DNA of 64,000 nucleotides, from contig CAXXUK010000001.1 in assembly GCA_963665125.2 (NCBI GenBank), forward strand, positions 2,496,001-2,560,000. Reading direction: 5' to 3'. Origin of the DNA: an uncultured Desulfarculus sp. (GTDB taxonomy: Bacteria; Desulfobacterota; Desulfarculia; Desulfarculales; Desulfarculaceae). This document shows positions 1 through 10,186 of the stretch, piece after piece. The translations under genes were made by a program, and so were the position numbers. Within the stretch, counting starts at the first letter, position 1; every line of letters starts with the position of its first letter. Under the pieces are notes generated by a model that worked only from the letters and a program-made list of their open reading frames with translations, had not been told where the DNA came from and searched no databases.

Positions 1-30
1 CTGTCCCCTAGAAAACTTCAAGGAGCATAG

Positions 31-1146
31 ATGAGCAATCATCATCACACGGCGCATCCCGGCGGCCATCCCCATAAAAGTGAAGACGGCGTAACGCCCC
101 TGCGGCTGGTGGCCTGGGAGACGACCCGGCGCTGCAACCTCAGTTGCGTGCATTGCCGGGCCGGAGCGGCGGATCACGAATACCCCGGTGAACTGACAAC
201 GGCCCAGGGCGAGGAACTTCTCAAAGACCTGGCCACCATGGGCAGCCCGGTGATCATACTCACCGGCGGCGAACCGCTATTGCGCGGCGACATCTTCCAT
301 TTGGCCCGGTTCGGCACGGACCTGGGCCTGCGCATGGTCATGGCCGTAAACGGCACCCTTTTGACCCCGGATATCGCCCGCAAGATGGTGGATTCGGGCA
401 TCCAGCGCATCTCCATCAGCATCGACGGCCCGGACGCGGCCAGCCACGACGCCTTCCGGGGCCAGGAGGGCGCGTTCGCCGGGGCCATGGACGGCTTCGA
501 GGCCGCCCGCCAAGTGGGCCTGGATTTCCAGATCAACACCACCGTGACCCGCAGCAACCTGCCCCACATGCAGGCCATCCAGGACCTTGCGGTCAATTTG
601 GGTGCGGTGGCCCATCATATCTTCCTGTTGGTGCCCACGGGCCGAGGCCGGGCCCTGACCGGCGAGATCATCAGCGCCGAGGAATACGAAGACGTACTCA
701 ATTGGTTCTATGACCAGCGGGGCAAGACGCCCCTGGAGCTAAAGGCCACCTGCGCGCCGCACTATTTCCGGGTGCTCCGGCAGCGGGCCAAGGCCGACGG
801 CCAAAAGGTGGCATTCAACACCCATGGTCTGGACGCCGTGAGCAAGGGCTGCCTGGGCGGCCAGGGCTTCGCCTTCGTCAGCCACGTGGGCCAGGTCCAG
901 CCCTGCGGCTATCTGGAGCTGCCCGCCGGCAACGTAAAGGAAATGCCCTTTTCGCAAATCTGGCGGGAATCCGAGCTGTTCGCCAAGTTGCGCGACCACA
1001 ACCGCCTGGGCGGCAAATGCGGCATCTGCGAATACCGTCGGGTCTGCGGCGGCTGCCGGGCCAGGGCCTACGAGGCCACCGGCGATGTGCTTGCCGAGGA
1101 GCCGCTGTGCATGTATCAGCCCACGGGCAAGGGCGATGTTGCGTAA
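31..1146 (+). CDS. ahbD: Radical SAM/SPASM heme b synthase (Fe-coproporphyrin decarboxylase), alternative heme pathway
   Basis: WETTRRCNLSCVHC radical SAM motif, KATCAPHY, GCLGG, SPASM CxxCxxxxxCxGCRARA, His-rich N-terminus; ahbA-like gene nearby. Confidence 0.85.
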   Translation: MSNHHHTAHPGGHPHKSEDGVTPLRLVAWETTRRCNLSCVHCRAGAADHEYPGELTTAQGEELLKDLATMGSPVIILTGGEPLLRGDIFHLARFGTDLGLRMVMAVNGTLLTPDIARKMVDSGIQRISISIDGPDAASHDAFRGQEGAFAGAMDGFEAARQVGLDFQINTTVTRSNLPHMQAIQDLAVNLGAVAHHIFLLVPTGRGRALTGEIISAEEYEDVLNWFYDQRGKTPLELKATCAPHYFRVLRQRAKADGQKVAFNTHGLDAVSKGCLGGQGFAFVSHVGQVQPCGYLELPAGNVKEMPFSQIWRESELFAKLRDHNRLGGKCGICEYRRVCGGCRARAYEATGDVLAEEPLCMYQPTGKGDVA

Positions 1147-1147
1147 C

Positions 1148-1267
1148 GTTTCCGGCGTTTCACCCAAAAAACAATGTAACAATAACATTTAACGTATTAT
1201 TTTATTTTGATTTTATGGTTTATCGCAATCCCCGGGCATCAACCTGAAACGTTTCAAGCGTTTCAGG
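1148..1267. promoter_or_regulatory. Candidate upstream activator sequences for a sigma-54 enhancer-binding protein
   Basis: Repeated GTTTCA / TGTAACA motifs, including palindrome TGAAACGTTTCA at 1245-1256; same motifs recur at 9922-10053. Confidence 0.45.
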
Positions 1268-1337
1268 CGAACCGACGGTTGGCCAAAGTGCCTGTATTTT
1301 TATTGTAAATACACAATATTAGCATCTGCCCAGGCAC

Positions 1338-1353
1338 TGGCACTGAATTTGCG
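1338..1353 (+). promoter_or_regulatory. Sigma-54 (-24/-12) promoter
   Basis: TGGCACtgaatTTGCG matches consensus TGGCAC-N5-TTGC with GG-N10-GC spacing. Confidence 0.75.
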
Positions 1354-1810
1354 TTGATTGACGGTGTCCCTCTGGGGATCAGCCCCATATATTTGATGTC
1401 CGCCTTATGCGGCCGCAACGAACCCGCCTATTTCTCAACAACAATGTTGCGTGAATCGGGATTCTTGGCTATGTATTAAGGCTCACTACAATCTAGTAGG
1501 TTGAAGGAAAACGGCCTACGGGGCGGGTCTCGGTCGGCCCGCCGATTAACGTAGTCATAAAAACTTATAATTTTAGCAAGTTGGCTAGATGGCTCCGTTG
1601 CCGAACCGCAGCGGGATAGGGCCAGGGTGGATCTTCCCACCAAGCTACTAGTGTACCCACGGGTTTAGTACGCCCGTTAAATATCATTTTTTAACGCGCG
1701 TTCCGGCATTGGGCCGGAATCGGCAATTCGGAGGCGCTGCCTGCCATCATTTTAGATGCAGCCCAAGGCCTCTGAACCGTAGCACCACCGGATGATCCGG
1801 AGAGGAATCA

Positions 1811-3484
1811 ATGCCCTTCGAGAGTATCACTTCCACGGGTCTGCATATTGCGCTGACCATCTTCTTCCTGGGGTTGCTGTACCGTTTTGCCTCTTGGCTT
1901 TGGCGCGGGGTGGGTGATGAATCCCGCCAGGCCGGAGTGGGGGCAAGGGCCTGGGCCGCGGTCGGCGGACTTGTCGGCGCCATTTTCAGCGCCAAAATCG
2001 TCAAACTGATCGAAGCCCTGATCATGGATGTGCTTTTTCAGCGCAAGGTCTTTGAACAAGACCGCCTGCGCTGGGCCGCCCACATCTGCATCTACGTGGG
2101 CTTCATGCTTCTGCTGATCTTCCACGCCCTGCAAAGCGTGGTCAGCGAGGCGGTCTTTGACGACTTTTACTCAACGCTCAACCCGTTCCTGTTCATGCGC
2201 AACCTGTTCGGTCTGGTCGTGCTGGTGGGCGTTGGCATCGCCATCTACCGCCGGGTGACCATCAAGCCGGTCAAGCGCGTCACCGGCGGCATGGATAGGG
2301 TGGCTTTGGTCCTGCTGGCGGTGATCATGATCTCCGGCGTGGTCCTTGAAGGCGCCAAGATCATCAGCCAGCGCGACTTCATGCGCATGAACAACGAATA
2401 CGGCAGCCTGGAAGGCGAAGAGCTCACCGCCCTTAAAGCCTATTGGGCCAAGAACTACTCCGTGGCCTTTTCCGGCGAAGAGCTGCCCATGGATGAAGAG
2501 ACGCTGGCCGCCGGACAAGATCTGCACAACGATTCCTGCGCCTCGTGCCACAGCCAGCCCTCCAGCGCGTTCATGAGCTATGCCGCGGCTCAGATCATGA
2601 AGCCCGCCGCCGCGTCGCTGAACCACATCGACTTCCCGGCCTTCATGTACATGCTGCACTACTTCGCTTGTTTGATCGGCCTTATCTACCTGCCGTTCAG
2701 CAAGTTCCTGCACATCATCACCAGCCCCATCGCCATGGTGGTCAGCAAGGTGATGGATGAAGACACGGCCAGCCAAGGGGCCAAGGCCATGCGCCGGGCC
2801 TTGGATCTGGACGCCTGCACCCACTGCGGCACCTGCACCCTCAACTGCTCGGTGCTGGCTTCGTTCGAGGTGGTCGGCAACGACGGCATCCTGCCCTCGG
2901 AAAAGCTGGCCGCCTTCCGCAGCCTTGTGGCCGGCGACAAGCTCACCCAGCGTCAGCTTTTCGCCCTTCGCGAGGCCAACGACACCTGCACCCGCTGCCA
3001 CCGTTGCACCGATGTCTGCCCCGTGGGCATCAATTTGCAAGGGTTGTGGATGGCCCTTAGCGAGGAACTGGCCCGCCGCGGCGTTCCGGCCGCCTTCACC
3101 ATGGCCAAGCAGGGGCTCATCGGCACGGGCAAACCCGTTGCCGGCCAAACCATCGAAATCCAGCCCAGCGGCCGGGGCCTGGCCCTGCAGGCCGACAAAT
3201 TCAAGTACTGCTTCGAATGTCAGACCTGCACCAACGCCTGCCCGGTGGTGGCCTCCTACGACAATCCAGCGGAAGAGTTGGACATGGTGCCCCACCAGAT
3301 CATGCACTCCCTGGGCCTGGGCCTGGTGGAAATGGCCATGGGCGCCCGCATGACCTGGGACTGCCTGACCTGCTACCGCTGTCAGGAACAGTGCCCCCAG
3401 GGCGTGTCGATCACCGACATTTTGTATGAACTCAAGAACATGGGCTACCAGCGCGCCAAAGACAAGCTGGTGGACGTGGCCTAG
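1811..3484 (+). CDS. Membrane NarI/HdrE-like diheme cytochrome b with inserted CxxCH heme-c motif, fused to two HdrC-like 2x[4Fe-4S] domains
   Basis: About five hydrophobic helices with His pairs (WAAH..IFH; MLH..KFLH), CASCH in an inter-helix loop, four CxxCxxCxxxC motifs; upstream of hdrB-hdrA. Confidence 0.8.
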   Translation: MPFESITSTGLHIALTIFFLGLLYRFASWLWRGVGDESRQAGVGARAWAAVGGLVGAIFSAKIVKLIEALIMDVLFQRKVFEQDRLRWAAHICIYVGFMLLLIFHALQSVVSEAVFDDFYSTLNPFLFMRNLFGLVVLVGVGIAIYRRVTIKPVKRVTGGMDRVALVLLAVIMISGVVLEGAKIISQRDFMRMNNEYGSLEGEELTALKAYWAKNYSVAFSGEELPMDEETLAAGQDLHNDSCASCHSQPSSAFMSYAAAQIMKPAAASLNHIDFPAFMYMLHYFACLIGLIYLPFSKFLHIITSPIAMVVSKVMDEDTASQGAKAMRRALDLDACTHCGTCTLNCSVLASFEVVGNDGILPSEKLAAFRSLVAGDKLTQRQLFALREANDTCTRCHRCTDVCPVGINLQGLWMALSEELARRGVPAAFTMAKQGLIGTGKPVAGQTIEIQPSGRGLALQADKFKYCFECQTCTNACPVVASYDNPAEELDMVPHQIMHSLGLGLVEMAMGARMTWDCLTCYRCQEQCPQGVSITDILYELKNMGYQRAKDKLVDVA

Positions 3485-3531
3485 ATAAAAGACATCGGTG
3501 GTAAATCACCACTGGCAAGGAGCCTGACAAA

Positions 3532-4398
3532 ATGCAATTCGCCTGGTTCCGTGGCTGTAAGATCCCTTACTACGTAAGCCACTATGAGACCGCCTCCAGG
3601 GCCGTCTTGAACAAACTAGGAGTGGGGCTTGTTGACATCGAATTCGGTTGCTGCGGCTATCCGGCCCGCAATACCGACCAGACCGCTTGGCTGGCCTCGG
3701 CCGCCCGCAACCTGGCCATGGCCGAAGCCCAGGGACTGACCCTGCTTACGCCCTGCAAGTGCTGCTTTGGCAGCTTTAAAAACGCCATCCACGCCATGAG
3801 CGAAGATCCGGCCCTGATGGCCCAGGTCAACGCCGTTCTGGCCGAAGAAGGCCTAAAATATGAAGGCAAGACCGACTGCCGCCACATGTTGCAAGTGCTG
3901 CATGGCGATATCGGCGTGAAAGACCTCAAGGAGGCCCTGACCGCCAAGTTCAACGGCCTCAAGGTGGCCGTGCACAACGGTTGCCACGCCCTGCGGCCCA
4001 GCAAGGTCACCGGCTTTGACGACCCGTTCCTGCCGGTCATCTTTGACGAGTTGGTAAACATCACCGGCGCCAAAAGCGTCGATTGGGGCAAGAAACTCGA
4101 ATGCTGCGGCGCCCCCATGTGGGACAAAAACCAGGAGTTGGGCCTTGGCGTGGCCAAGGGCAAGCTCGCAAGCGGCGTCGAGGCCGGTGCGGCCATCATC
4201 TGCACGGCCTGCACCTATTGCCAGATTCAGTTCGACACCTTCCAGGCGCAGATGCTCAAGGCCGACGACGGCATGCAGCAACTACCCTCCGTGCTGTACC
4301 CGCAGCTGCTGGGTCTGGCCCTGGGCCTGAGTGAAGACCAGCTCGGACTTGAACGCAACGCCGTGGCCGCCGCCTGGGTGGCCAATCATCTGTCGTGA
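3532..4398 (+). CDS. hdrB: Heterodisulfide reductase subunit B family (two CCG domains)
   Basis: GC..CCG..PCKCC and GCH..CCG..CTYC motifs. Confidence 0.9.
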   Translation: MQFAWFRGCKIPYYVSHYETASRAVLNKLGVGLVDIEFGCCGYPARNTDQTAWLASAARNLAMAEAQGLTLLTPCKCCFGSFKNAIHAMSEDPALMAQVNAVLAEEGLKYEGKTDCRHMLQVLHGDIGVKDLKEALTAKFNGLKVAVHNGCHALRPSKVTGFDDPFLPVIFDELVNITGAKSVDWGKKLECCGAPMWDKNQELGLGVAKGKLASGVEAGAAIICTACTYCQIQFDTFQAQMLKADDGMQQLPSVLYPQLLGLALGLSEDQLGLERNAVAAAWVANHLS

Positions 4399-4463
4399 AC
4401 CACGCGCCCTCCTTCGGGAGGGCGCAAGCACCGAGGCCCCCGGGGGCCCATGGGATAAATATC

Positions 4464-7400
4464 ATGGCTGAAAAAACCGCTGGTTCTGTGATGGTTGTCG
4501 GCGGCGGCATTGCCGGAATGCAGGCAGCGCTCGACCTGGCCGACTCCGGATTCTACGTCTACTTGGTTGAAAAGACCGCCTCCATCGGCGGCACCATGAG
4601 CCAACTGGACAAGACGTTCCCCACCAACGACTGCGCGATGTGAATCATCTCTCCCCGCCTAGTTGAGGTGGGACGGCACATCAACATCGAACTGCTGACC
4701 CTGTCCGAGCTGGAAGAAGTCAAGGGCGAAGTCGGCAACTTCCAAGTCAAAGTCCGCCAGCAACCCCGCTACATAGACATGGACAAGTGCATCGCCTGCG
4801 GCGCATGCACCGAGAAATGCCCCAAAAAGGTCGACGACGCCTTCAACTTCGGGCTCAACAAGCGCAAGGCCATCCACGTCAAGTTTTCCCAGGCCGTGCC
4901 CCTGAAGTATGCCATCGACCCCCAGAACTGCATGTACCTGACCAAGGGCAAATGCGGTGTCTGCGCCAAGGTCTGCCCCACCGGGGCCATCAACTATGAT
5001 GACACCGAAAAGGTCCATGACCTCAATGTCGGCGCGGTGATCGTGGCCCTGGGCGCCCAATGGCCCGAGCAGGAACTTCTGGACGTATACGGCTACACCC
5101 GCCACAAGAACGTGATGACCCACCTGGAGTTCGAGCGCGCCCTGAGCGCCTCGGGTCCGTTCATGGGCCACGTCAAGAATATGGTCACCGGCGCGGCTCC
5201 CAGGAAAATAGCCTGGGTCCAGTGCGTGGGCTCCCGCGACACCCATGACGGCGCGCGGTCCTATTGTTCCACGGCCTGCTGCTCGTTCGCCATCAAGCAG
5301 GCTGTCATCGCCCAGGAGCACGCCCACGATCCCCTGGACACCACCATCTTCTACATCGACATCCGCACCCAGGGCAAAGACGTCGAGCGTTACTACAACC
5401 GGGCCAAGGAACTGGGCGTGAACTTCGTCAAGGGCCGCATCGCCTCGGTGGAACCCAAACAGGACGGCGCCCTGATGGGCCTGACCTGGGTCGACGACAA
5501 GGGCAAGCGCGTCAGCGACGACTACGACCTTGTCGTTCTGAGCCTGGGCACCTGCCCCAACCAGAAAAACGTCGACATGCTCAAAAACCTGGGCATCGAT
5601 ATGCGCCCGGACAATTACCCGGTTTTGGACAGCTTCAGCCCGGTGGAAACCAACCTTCCGGGCATCATGATCGCCGGATACAACAACGCGCCCAAGGAAA
5701 TCCCCATGGCCGTTGTCGACGCCAGCGCCTGCGCGGGCAAGGTCGGCACCCTTTTGAGCCAGGCCAGGGGCACCGAGACCAAGACCAGGGAAGTCGTGCC
5801 CGAGATCGATGTGGCCGGAGACCAGGTCAAGGTGGGCGTGTTCATCTGCAACTGCGGTTCCAACATCGCCGGCGTGGTGGACTGCCCCAGCGCCCAGGAA
5901 TACGCCGCGGGCCTGCCCAACGTGGTCCATACCGAACAGTATCTGTTCGCCTGCTCCCAGGACGCCCAGGACAAGATGGCCCAGGTCATCAAGGAAAAGG
6001 GCCTCAACCGCATCGTTGTGGCGGCCTGCACCCCCAGGACCCACGAGCCCCTGTTCCAGGAGACCATGTCCAACGCCGGCCTGAACAAATACCTGTTCGA
6101 GATGGCCAACATCCGCAACCAGTGCTCCTGGGTCCACAGCGGCGAACCCGAGCAGGCCACCCGCAAGGCCAAAGACCTGATCCGCATGGGCGTGGCCAAG
6201 GCCAGCCTGCTGCGGCCCCTTCGGGAACAGGAACTCAGCGTTTCTCAAAAGGCCCTTGTGGTCGGCGGCGGCGCGGCCGGCATGACCGCGGCCCTGAACC
6301 TGGCCGAGCAGGGTTTTGAAACCTATCTGGTGGAAAGGGAAACCCAGCTCGGCGGCAACGCCCGCCGTTTGGCCCAAACCTGGAAGGGCGAGGACGCCCA
6401 GGCCAAGCTGGCCCAGTTGATCAACAAGGTCAACGCCAACGCCAAGATCGAGGTCCTGCTGGGCGCCGCCATCTCCGATGTCGACGGTTTCGTGGGCAAC
6501 TTCGAGACCACCGTCGCGGTGGGAGGCCAAGAGCGCAAGCTGGAGCACGGCGCGGTTATCGTGGCCACCGGCGCAACCGAGTGGAAGCCCGAAGGCTGGC
6601 TCTACGGTGAATCCGACGCCGTGTGCACAGGCCTGGAGCTGGACGAAAAACTCATGGCCGATGATCCGGCCCTAAGCCGCCTGGGTAGCGTGGCCTTCAT
6701 GCAGTGCGTGGGCTCACGCACCCCGGACCGCCCCTACTGCTCCAAGACCTGCTGCACCCACAGCGTCACCAACGCCATCGCCCTCAAGGAGCGCAATCCG
6801 CAGACGGATGTGTACGTCCTCTACCGCGACATGCGCACCTACGGCCTGCGCGAGGCGGCCTACCGCAAGGCCCGCGAACTGGGCGTACGCTTTATCCGCT
6901 ACGACAACGACAAGGGCGTCGGCGTTACCCCGGACGGCGGCGGCGTCAAGCTGTCCTTCAAGGACCTGTCCCTGGGTGCCGACCTGAGCCTCAAAGCCGA
7001 CCTGATGGTCCTGGCCTCGGCCGCCGTGCCTCCGGCCGACAACGCCCTGGCCCAGATGCTCAAGCTGCCCCAGAACCTCGACGGCTTCTACCAGGAAGCC
7101 CATATCAAGCTGCGCCCCGTGGACTTCGCCAACGACGGCGTATTCCTCTGCGGCCTGTCGCATTCGCCCATGAGCATTGACGAGTGCATCGCCCAGGCCC
7201 AGGCGGCCGCTTCCCACGCCGCCGTGGTCCTGAGCACCACCGAACTGCACGTTGGCGGCGTGGTTGCCGAGGTCAACGCGGCCAAGTGCGTGGGCTGCGG
7301 CGTATGCGCCGAGATATGCCCCTACAAGGCCATCACCATCAACGATGACGGCAAGGCCGAGGTCAACGAGGCCATTTGCAAGGGCTGCGGCACCTGTTCC

Positions 7401-7478
7401 GCCGCCTGCCGCTCCGGCGCGGCCACCCTCAAGGGCTTCACCGAAGCCGATGTCATGGCTCAAATCAACGCGTTGTAA
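4464..7478 (+). CDS. hdrA: Large HdrA-family flavo-iron-sulfur protein (~1004 aa) with selenocysteine at codon 60 (TGA 4641-4643)
   Basis: GGGIAG FAD motif and [12 protein letters not shown][TGA][12 protein letters not shown] stay in frame; TGA replaces a conserved Cys; two FAD modules, two QCVGSR..YCSxxCC motifs, ferredoxin domains. Confidence 0.9.
4652..4673 (+). promoter_or_regulatory. Putative bacterial SECIS hairpin
   Basis: TCCCCGCCT-AGTTG-AGGTGGGA stem-loop; GU-containing loop follows a 17-nt spacer after the UGA. Confidence 0.7.
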
Positions 7479-7480
7479 TG

Positions 7481-7770
7481 CTTTAGGGGGTCTTTTCTTA
7501 AAAGAAAAGACCCCCTAAAGCCCCCAAAAGAATTTTGCCGATTTCTGTTTGCGGCTTTGCCGCCAAATAGCAATCGGTCAATTATTTTAGGGGCTTCGGA
7601 TGTTATTTTCACGTTACTTGTTTTGCCAAAGGCAAAACAAGTAACGCTGTGATTATAACCAGCACACGAGTTCGCCTACCCACCCTGAAATGCGCTGCCG
7701 CTCATTTCAGGGAAAATTCTTTGGAAAGGGGTTTGGGGAAAACCTTTCTTGAAAGAAAGGTTTTCCCCAA
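7481..7770. repeat. Five-hairpin intergenic element, copy 1 (MITE/BIME-like)
   Basis: Perfect stems 7481-7520 (19 bp), 7612-7646 (16 bp), 7733-7770 (18 bp), plus stems 7538-7577 and 7683-7712; homologous in inverted orientation to 45021-45319. Confidence 0.85.
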
Positions 7771-7868
7771 TAACAATCACCCACAAAAAACTATATTTTG
7801 GACCGGAGATGGTTTTGTGTAATATTGCTGGAAGGTAACACAATGAAGATGCCGGGAGAACACCAGTA

Positions 7869-8150
7869 TTGGCCGACCACTCATGTAAAAGGTGCTCTGT
7901 AACCAGGGTTAATGCCTTGGTAAAAGTCTACCGCCAGGCTCACTTCAACGGCGACCAAGGGGGCATAAGCAAGCTCAAGCAGGTCGTTGCCGTGACAAGA
8001 CGTGAATATCCCGACGGTAGCGAACTCTTGAGCCCCGGCCTCGGCGAACAGGAGCTTCGAGAACTTTGCTGGAACATCTCCTCATTCCTACGAGACCAAG
8101 ATGTGGAGCGCATCCTGGGAATAAAGCTGATCAAACCGGGTGCACGCTGA
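7869..8150 (+). CDS. Hypothetical protein (93 aa)
   Basis: TTG start after GGAGA; fills the gap and overlaps the start of the downstream regulator. Confidence 0.55.
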   Translation: MADHSCKRCSVTRVNALVKVYRQAHFNGDQGGISKLKQVVAVTRREYPDGSELLSPGLGEQELRELCWNISSFLRDQDVERILGIKLIKPGAR

Positions 8151-9915
8151 TCCGTGCCCCGCGTCGTGGAACTGGTTTGACGTGCCCTTAGGCGAAAAAA
8201 ACAACGCCCCGCCTTCCCTTGCCGGAGAAGGTGTCATCGTAGTTGATTCCTCACTACGGATCATCGGGATTAACCTGACGGCCAAACATCTTCTGGGAGG
8301 CGTCATCGAGGTCGGCCAACACCTGCGGCCCGAGCAATTTTTCCAGGGCGCGGGCCAGCAGGAGGTTATTTCAGCCATAAGCGCGGCCATTAGCAGAGGT
8401 GAAAGCCGCCAGGGCATTCGTGCGCCGCTCACTGATTGCACGGGCCATACCTTCAGGGCCGAGATAGCAGCCAGCCCAATTATCAGCCAGTCCGGCGACG
8501 CCGAGGGGGCCATCTTCAACTTCCGGGACACGGATTTTTCTCCGATCAAAGACAACCGCTACGATCCGGAAGAGCGCCTGCCCAAGATGCCGCGCATGGC
8601 CTATTCCTCTTTGGTCGAAAACCTGGCCGAGGGCATTTTCACCATCAACACCCGCTGGCGGATCACGGCATTCAACCAGGCCGCCGAACGCATCACCGGA
8701 TACAGGCGTGATGAAGTCCTGGGCCGCCACTGCTGGGATATCTTCCGCTCCGACGTTTGCCAAAGCGGTTGCCCCTTGCGCAACACCCTTGAAACGGGCA
8801 TCACCCGCATGGACCAGGATGTGCGCATGGTCCACAAGGAGGGAGAAAAGCTGGCGGTCCTGGTAAACACCAGCGTGATCCGCGACGCCAGCGGCGCCGT
8901 GGCCGGGGCGGTGGAGTCGTTTCGGCCCCTCTCCGAGTTTGAACAGAGCGACACTTTGCCCGACAACGGAGCCACTTTCAGCGACATCATCGGCGTTTCC
9001 GAGCCCATGCAACGGCTGTTTCAAATGTTGCCGGATGTTGCGGCCAGCGAGGCCAGCGTGCTTTTGCAGGGAGAAAGCGGCACGGGCAAGGAGCTGTTCG
9101 CCAGGGCCATTCACCACAATTCACCGCGCAAAAAAGGGCCATTCGTGGCCGTGAACTGCTCGGCCCTGGCCGAAACCCTGCTGGAATCGGAGATGTTCGG
9201 CCATGAAAAGGCCGCCTTTACCGGTGCCGTGCGTTCCAAGGTGGGCCGTTTCGAGCTTGCCAGGGGCGGCACGCTGTTTCTCGATGAGATCGGCGATCTT
9301 AAACCGGAGCTGCAAGTAAAGCTGCTTCGTGTGTTGGAGCAACGGGTTTTTGAACGGGTGGGCGGTACGCGGCTGATCACCATGGACGCCCGCATCATCA
9401 GCGCCACCAACCGCGACCTCGGCCAGGCTCTCAGGGAAAATTATTTTCGCGAAGACCTGTTCTACCGTCTGCGCACCGTGCCCATGGTCTTGCCGCCCCT
9501 GCGCCAACGCGGCCAGGACATCCCCCTGCTGGTGCGGCACTTCATGGACAAGCTCAACATCAAATACGATAAACGTGTCCGTTCGGTAGACACAAAGGTC
9601 ATGAATATATTCATGAACTACGCCTGGCCCGGCAATGTCCGCGAGCTTGAACGGGTCATGGAACATGCCTTTGTCTTTGTAAAGGGCCCGGTAATCTTCC
9701 CGCACAACCTGCCCTCAATGGATGAATTCATCAAGGAACGAAGAGCCGAACCGGGCAACGAACTCCAACCGCGTCTGGACGGCAGCGGAGATGAGCGGCA
9801 AATCATTACGGAAGCCCTGCGCAAGACGGGGGGCAAGCGCCAGGAGGCCGCGGCCATGTTGGGCATCAGCCGAACGTCCCTTTGGCGGCGCATGAAAGCC
9901 CTTGGGCTCGACTGA
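8140..9915 (+). CDS. PAS-PAS sigma-54-dependent transcriptional activator (AAA+, Fis-type HTH)
   Basis: GESGTGKE Walker A, AAFTGA loop, TLFLDEIG Walker [10 protein letters not shown]-terminal [15 protein letters not shown]. Confidence 0.93.
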   Translation: MHADPCPASWNWFDVPLGEKNNAPPSLAGEGVIVVDSSLRIIGINLTAKHLLGGVIEVGQHLRPEQFFQGAGQQEVISAISAAISRGESRQGIRAPLTDCTGHTFRAEIAASPIISQSGDAEGAIFNFRDTDFSPIKDNRYDPEERLPKMPRMAYSSLVENLAEGIFTINTRWRITAFNQAAERITGYRRDEVLGRHCWDIFRSDVCQSGCPLRNTLETGITRMDQDVRMVHKEGEKLAVLVNTSVIRDASGAVAGAVESFRPLSEFEQSDTLPDNGATFSDIIGVSEPMQRLFQMLPDVAASEASVLLQGESGTGKELFARAIHHNSPRKKGPFVAVNCSALAETLLESEMFGHEKAAFTGAVRSKVGRFELARGGTLFLDEIGDLKPELQVKLLRVLEQRVFERVGGTRLITMDARIISATNRDLGQALRENYFREDLFYRLRTVPMVLPPLRQRGQDIPLLVRHFMDKLNIKYDKRVRSVDTKVMNIFMNYAWPGNVRELERVMEHAFVFVKGPVIFPHNLPSMDEFIKERRAEPGNELQPRLDGSGDERQIITEALRKTGGKRQEAAAMLGISRTSLWRRMKALGLD

Positions 9916-9921
9916 CACTTA

Positions 9922-10053
9922 TGTTTCAATATGTTTCATATAGAAACATATTTGTTTCATTTGTTGTTTTTCGCTTTAATTGCGCGAAGTTAAAATCATA
10001 ACCCAACCGAATATCCCCGTGTTGACGGCCCACCTGTAACAAATCCTGTTTCA
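9922..10053. promoter_or_regulatory. Candidate upstream activator sequences
   Basis: TGTTTCA at 9922, 9932, 9953, 10047; palindrome TATGTTTC-N5-GAAACATA at 9930-9950; TGTAACA at 10035. Confidence 0.55.
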
Positions 10054-10115
10054 GGGTCGCGCACCCAACCGCCGCCAATCTTATATCCTCCAGTGTTTTC
10101 AATCGGTTATAACTA

Positions 10116-10131
10116 TGGCCCGGCTTTTGCT
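10116..10131 (+). promoter_or_regulatory. Sigma-54 (-24/-12) promoter
   Basis: TGGCCCggcttTTGCT with GG-N10-GC spacing, ~55 nt before the nuoE-like start. Confidence 0.75.
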
Positions 10132-10186
10132 CTAAAAATCACTAAAGCCACAGGCCCATAGGGCCAACTTAGTAAGGAGGAGCGCC

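Noticed and set aside
2987..3001. Second CxxCH (CTRCH) in the membrane protein
   Set aside because: Part of a CxxCxxCxxxCP [4Fe-4S] motif, not a heme site
4395..4643. 82-aa ORF and separate 936-aa ORF, or an hdrA pseudogene
   Set aside because: Same frame, joined by a TGA at a conserved Cys with a SECIS-like hairpin; best read as one selenoprotein gene
7481..7770. CRISPR array or simple terminator interpretation
   Set aside because: No identical direct repeats with spacers and no cas genes; five hairpins and a distant homologue exceed a single terminator
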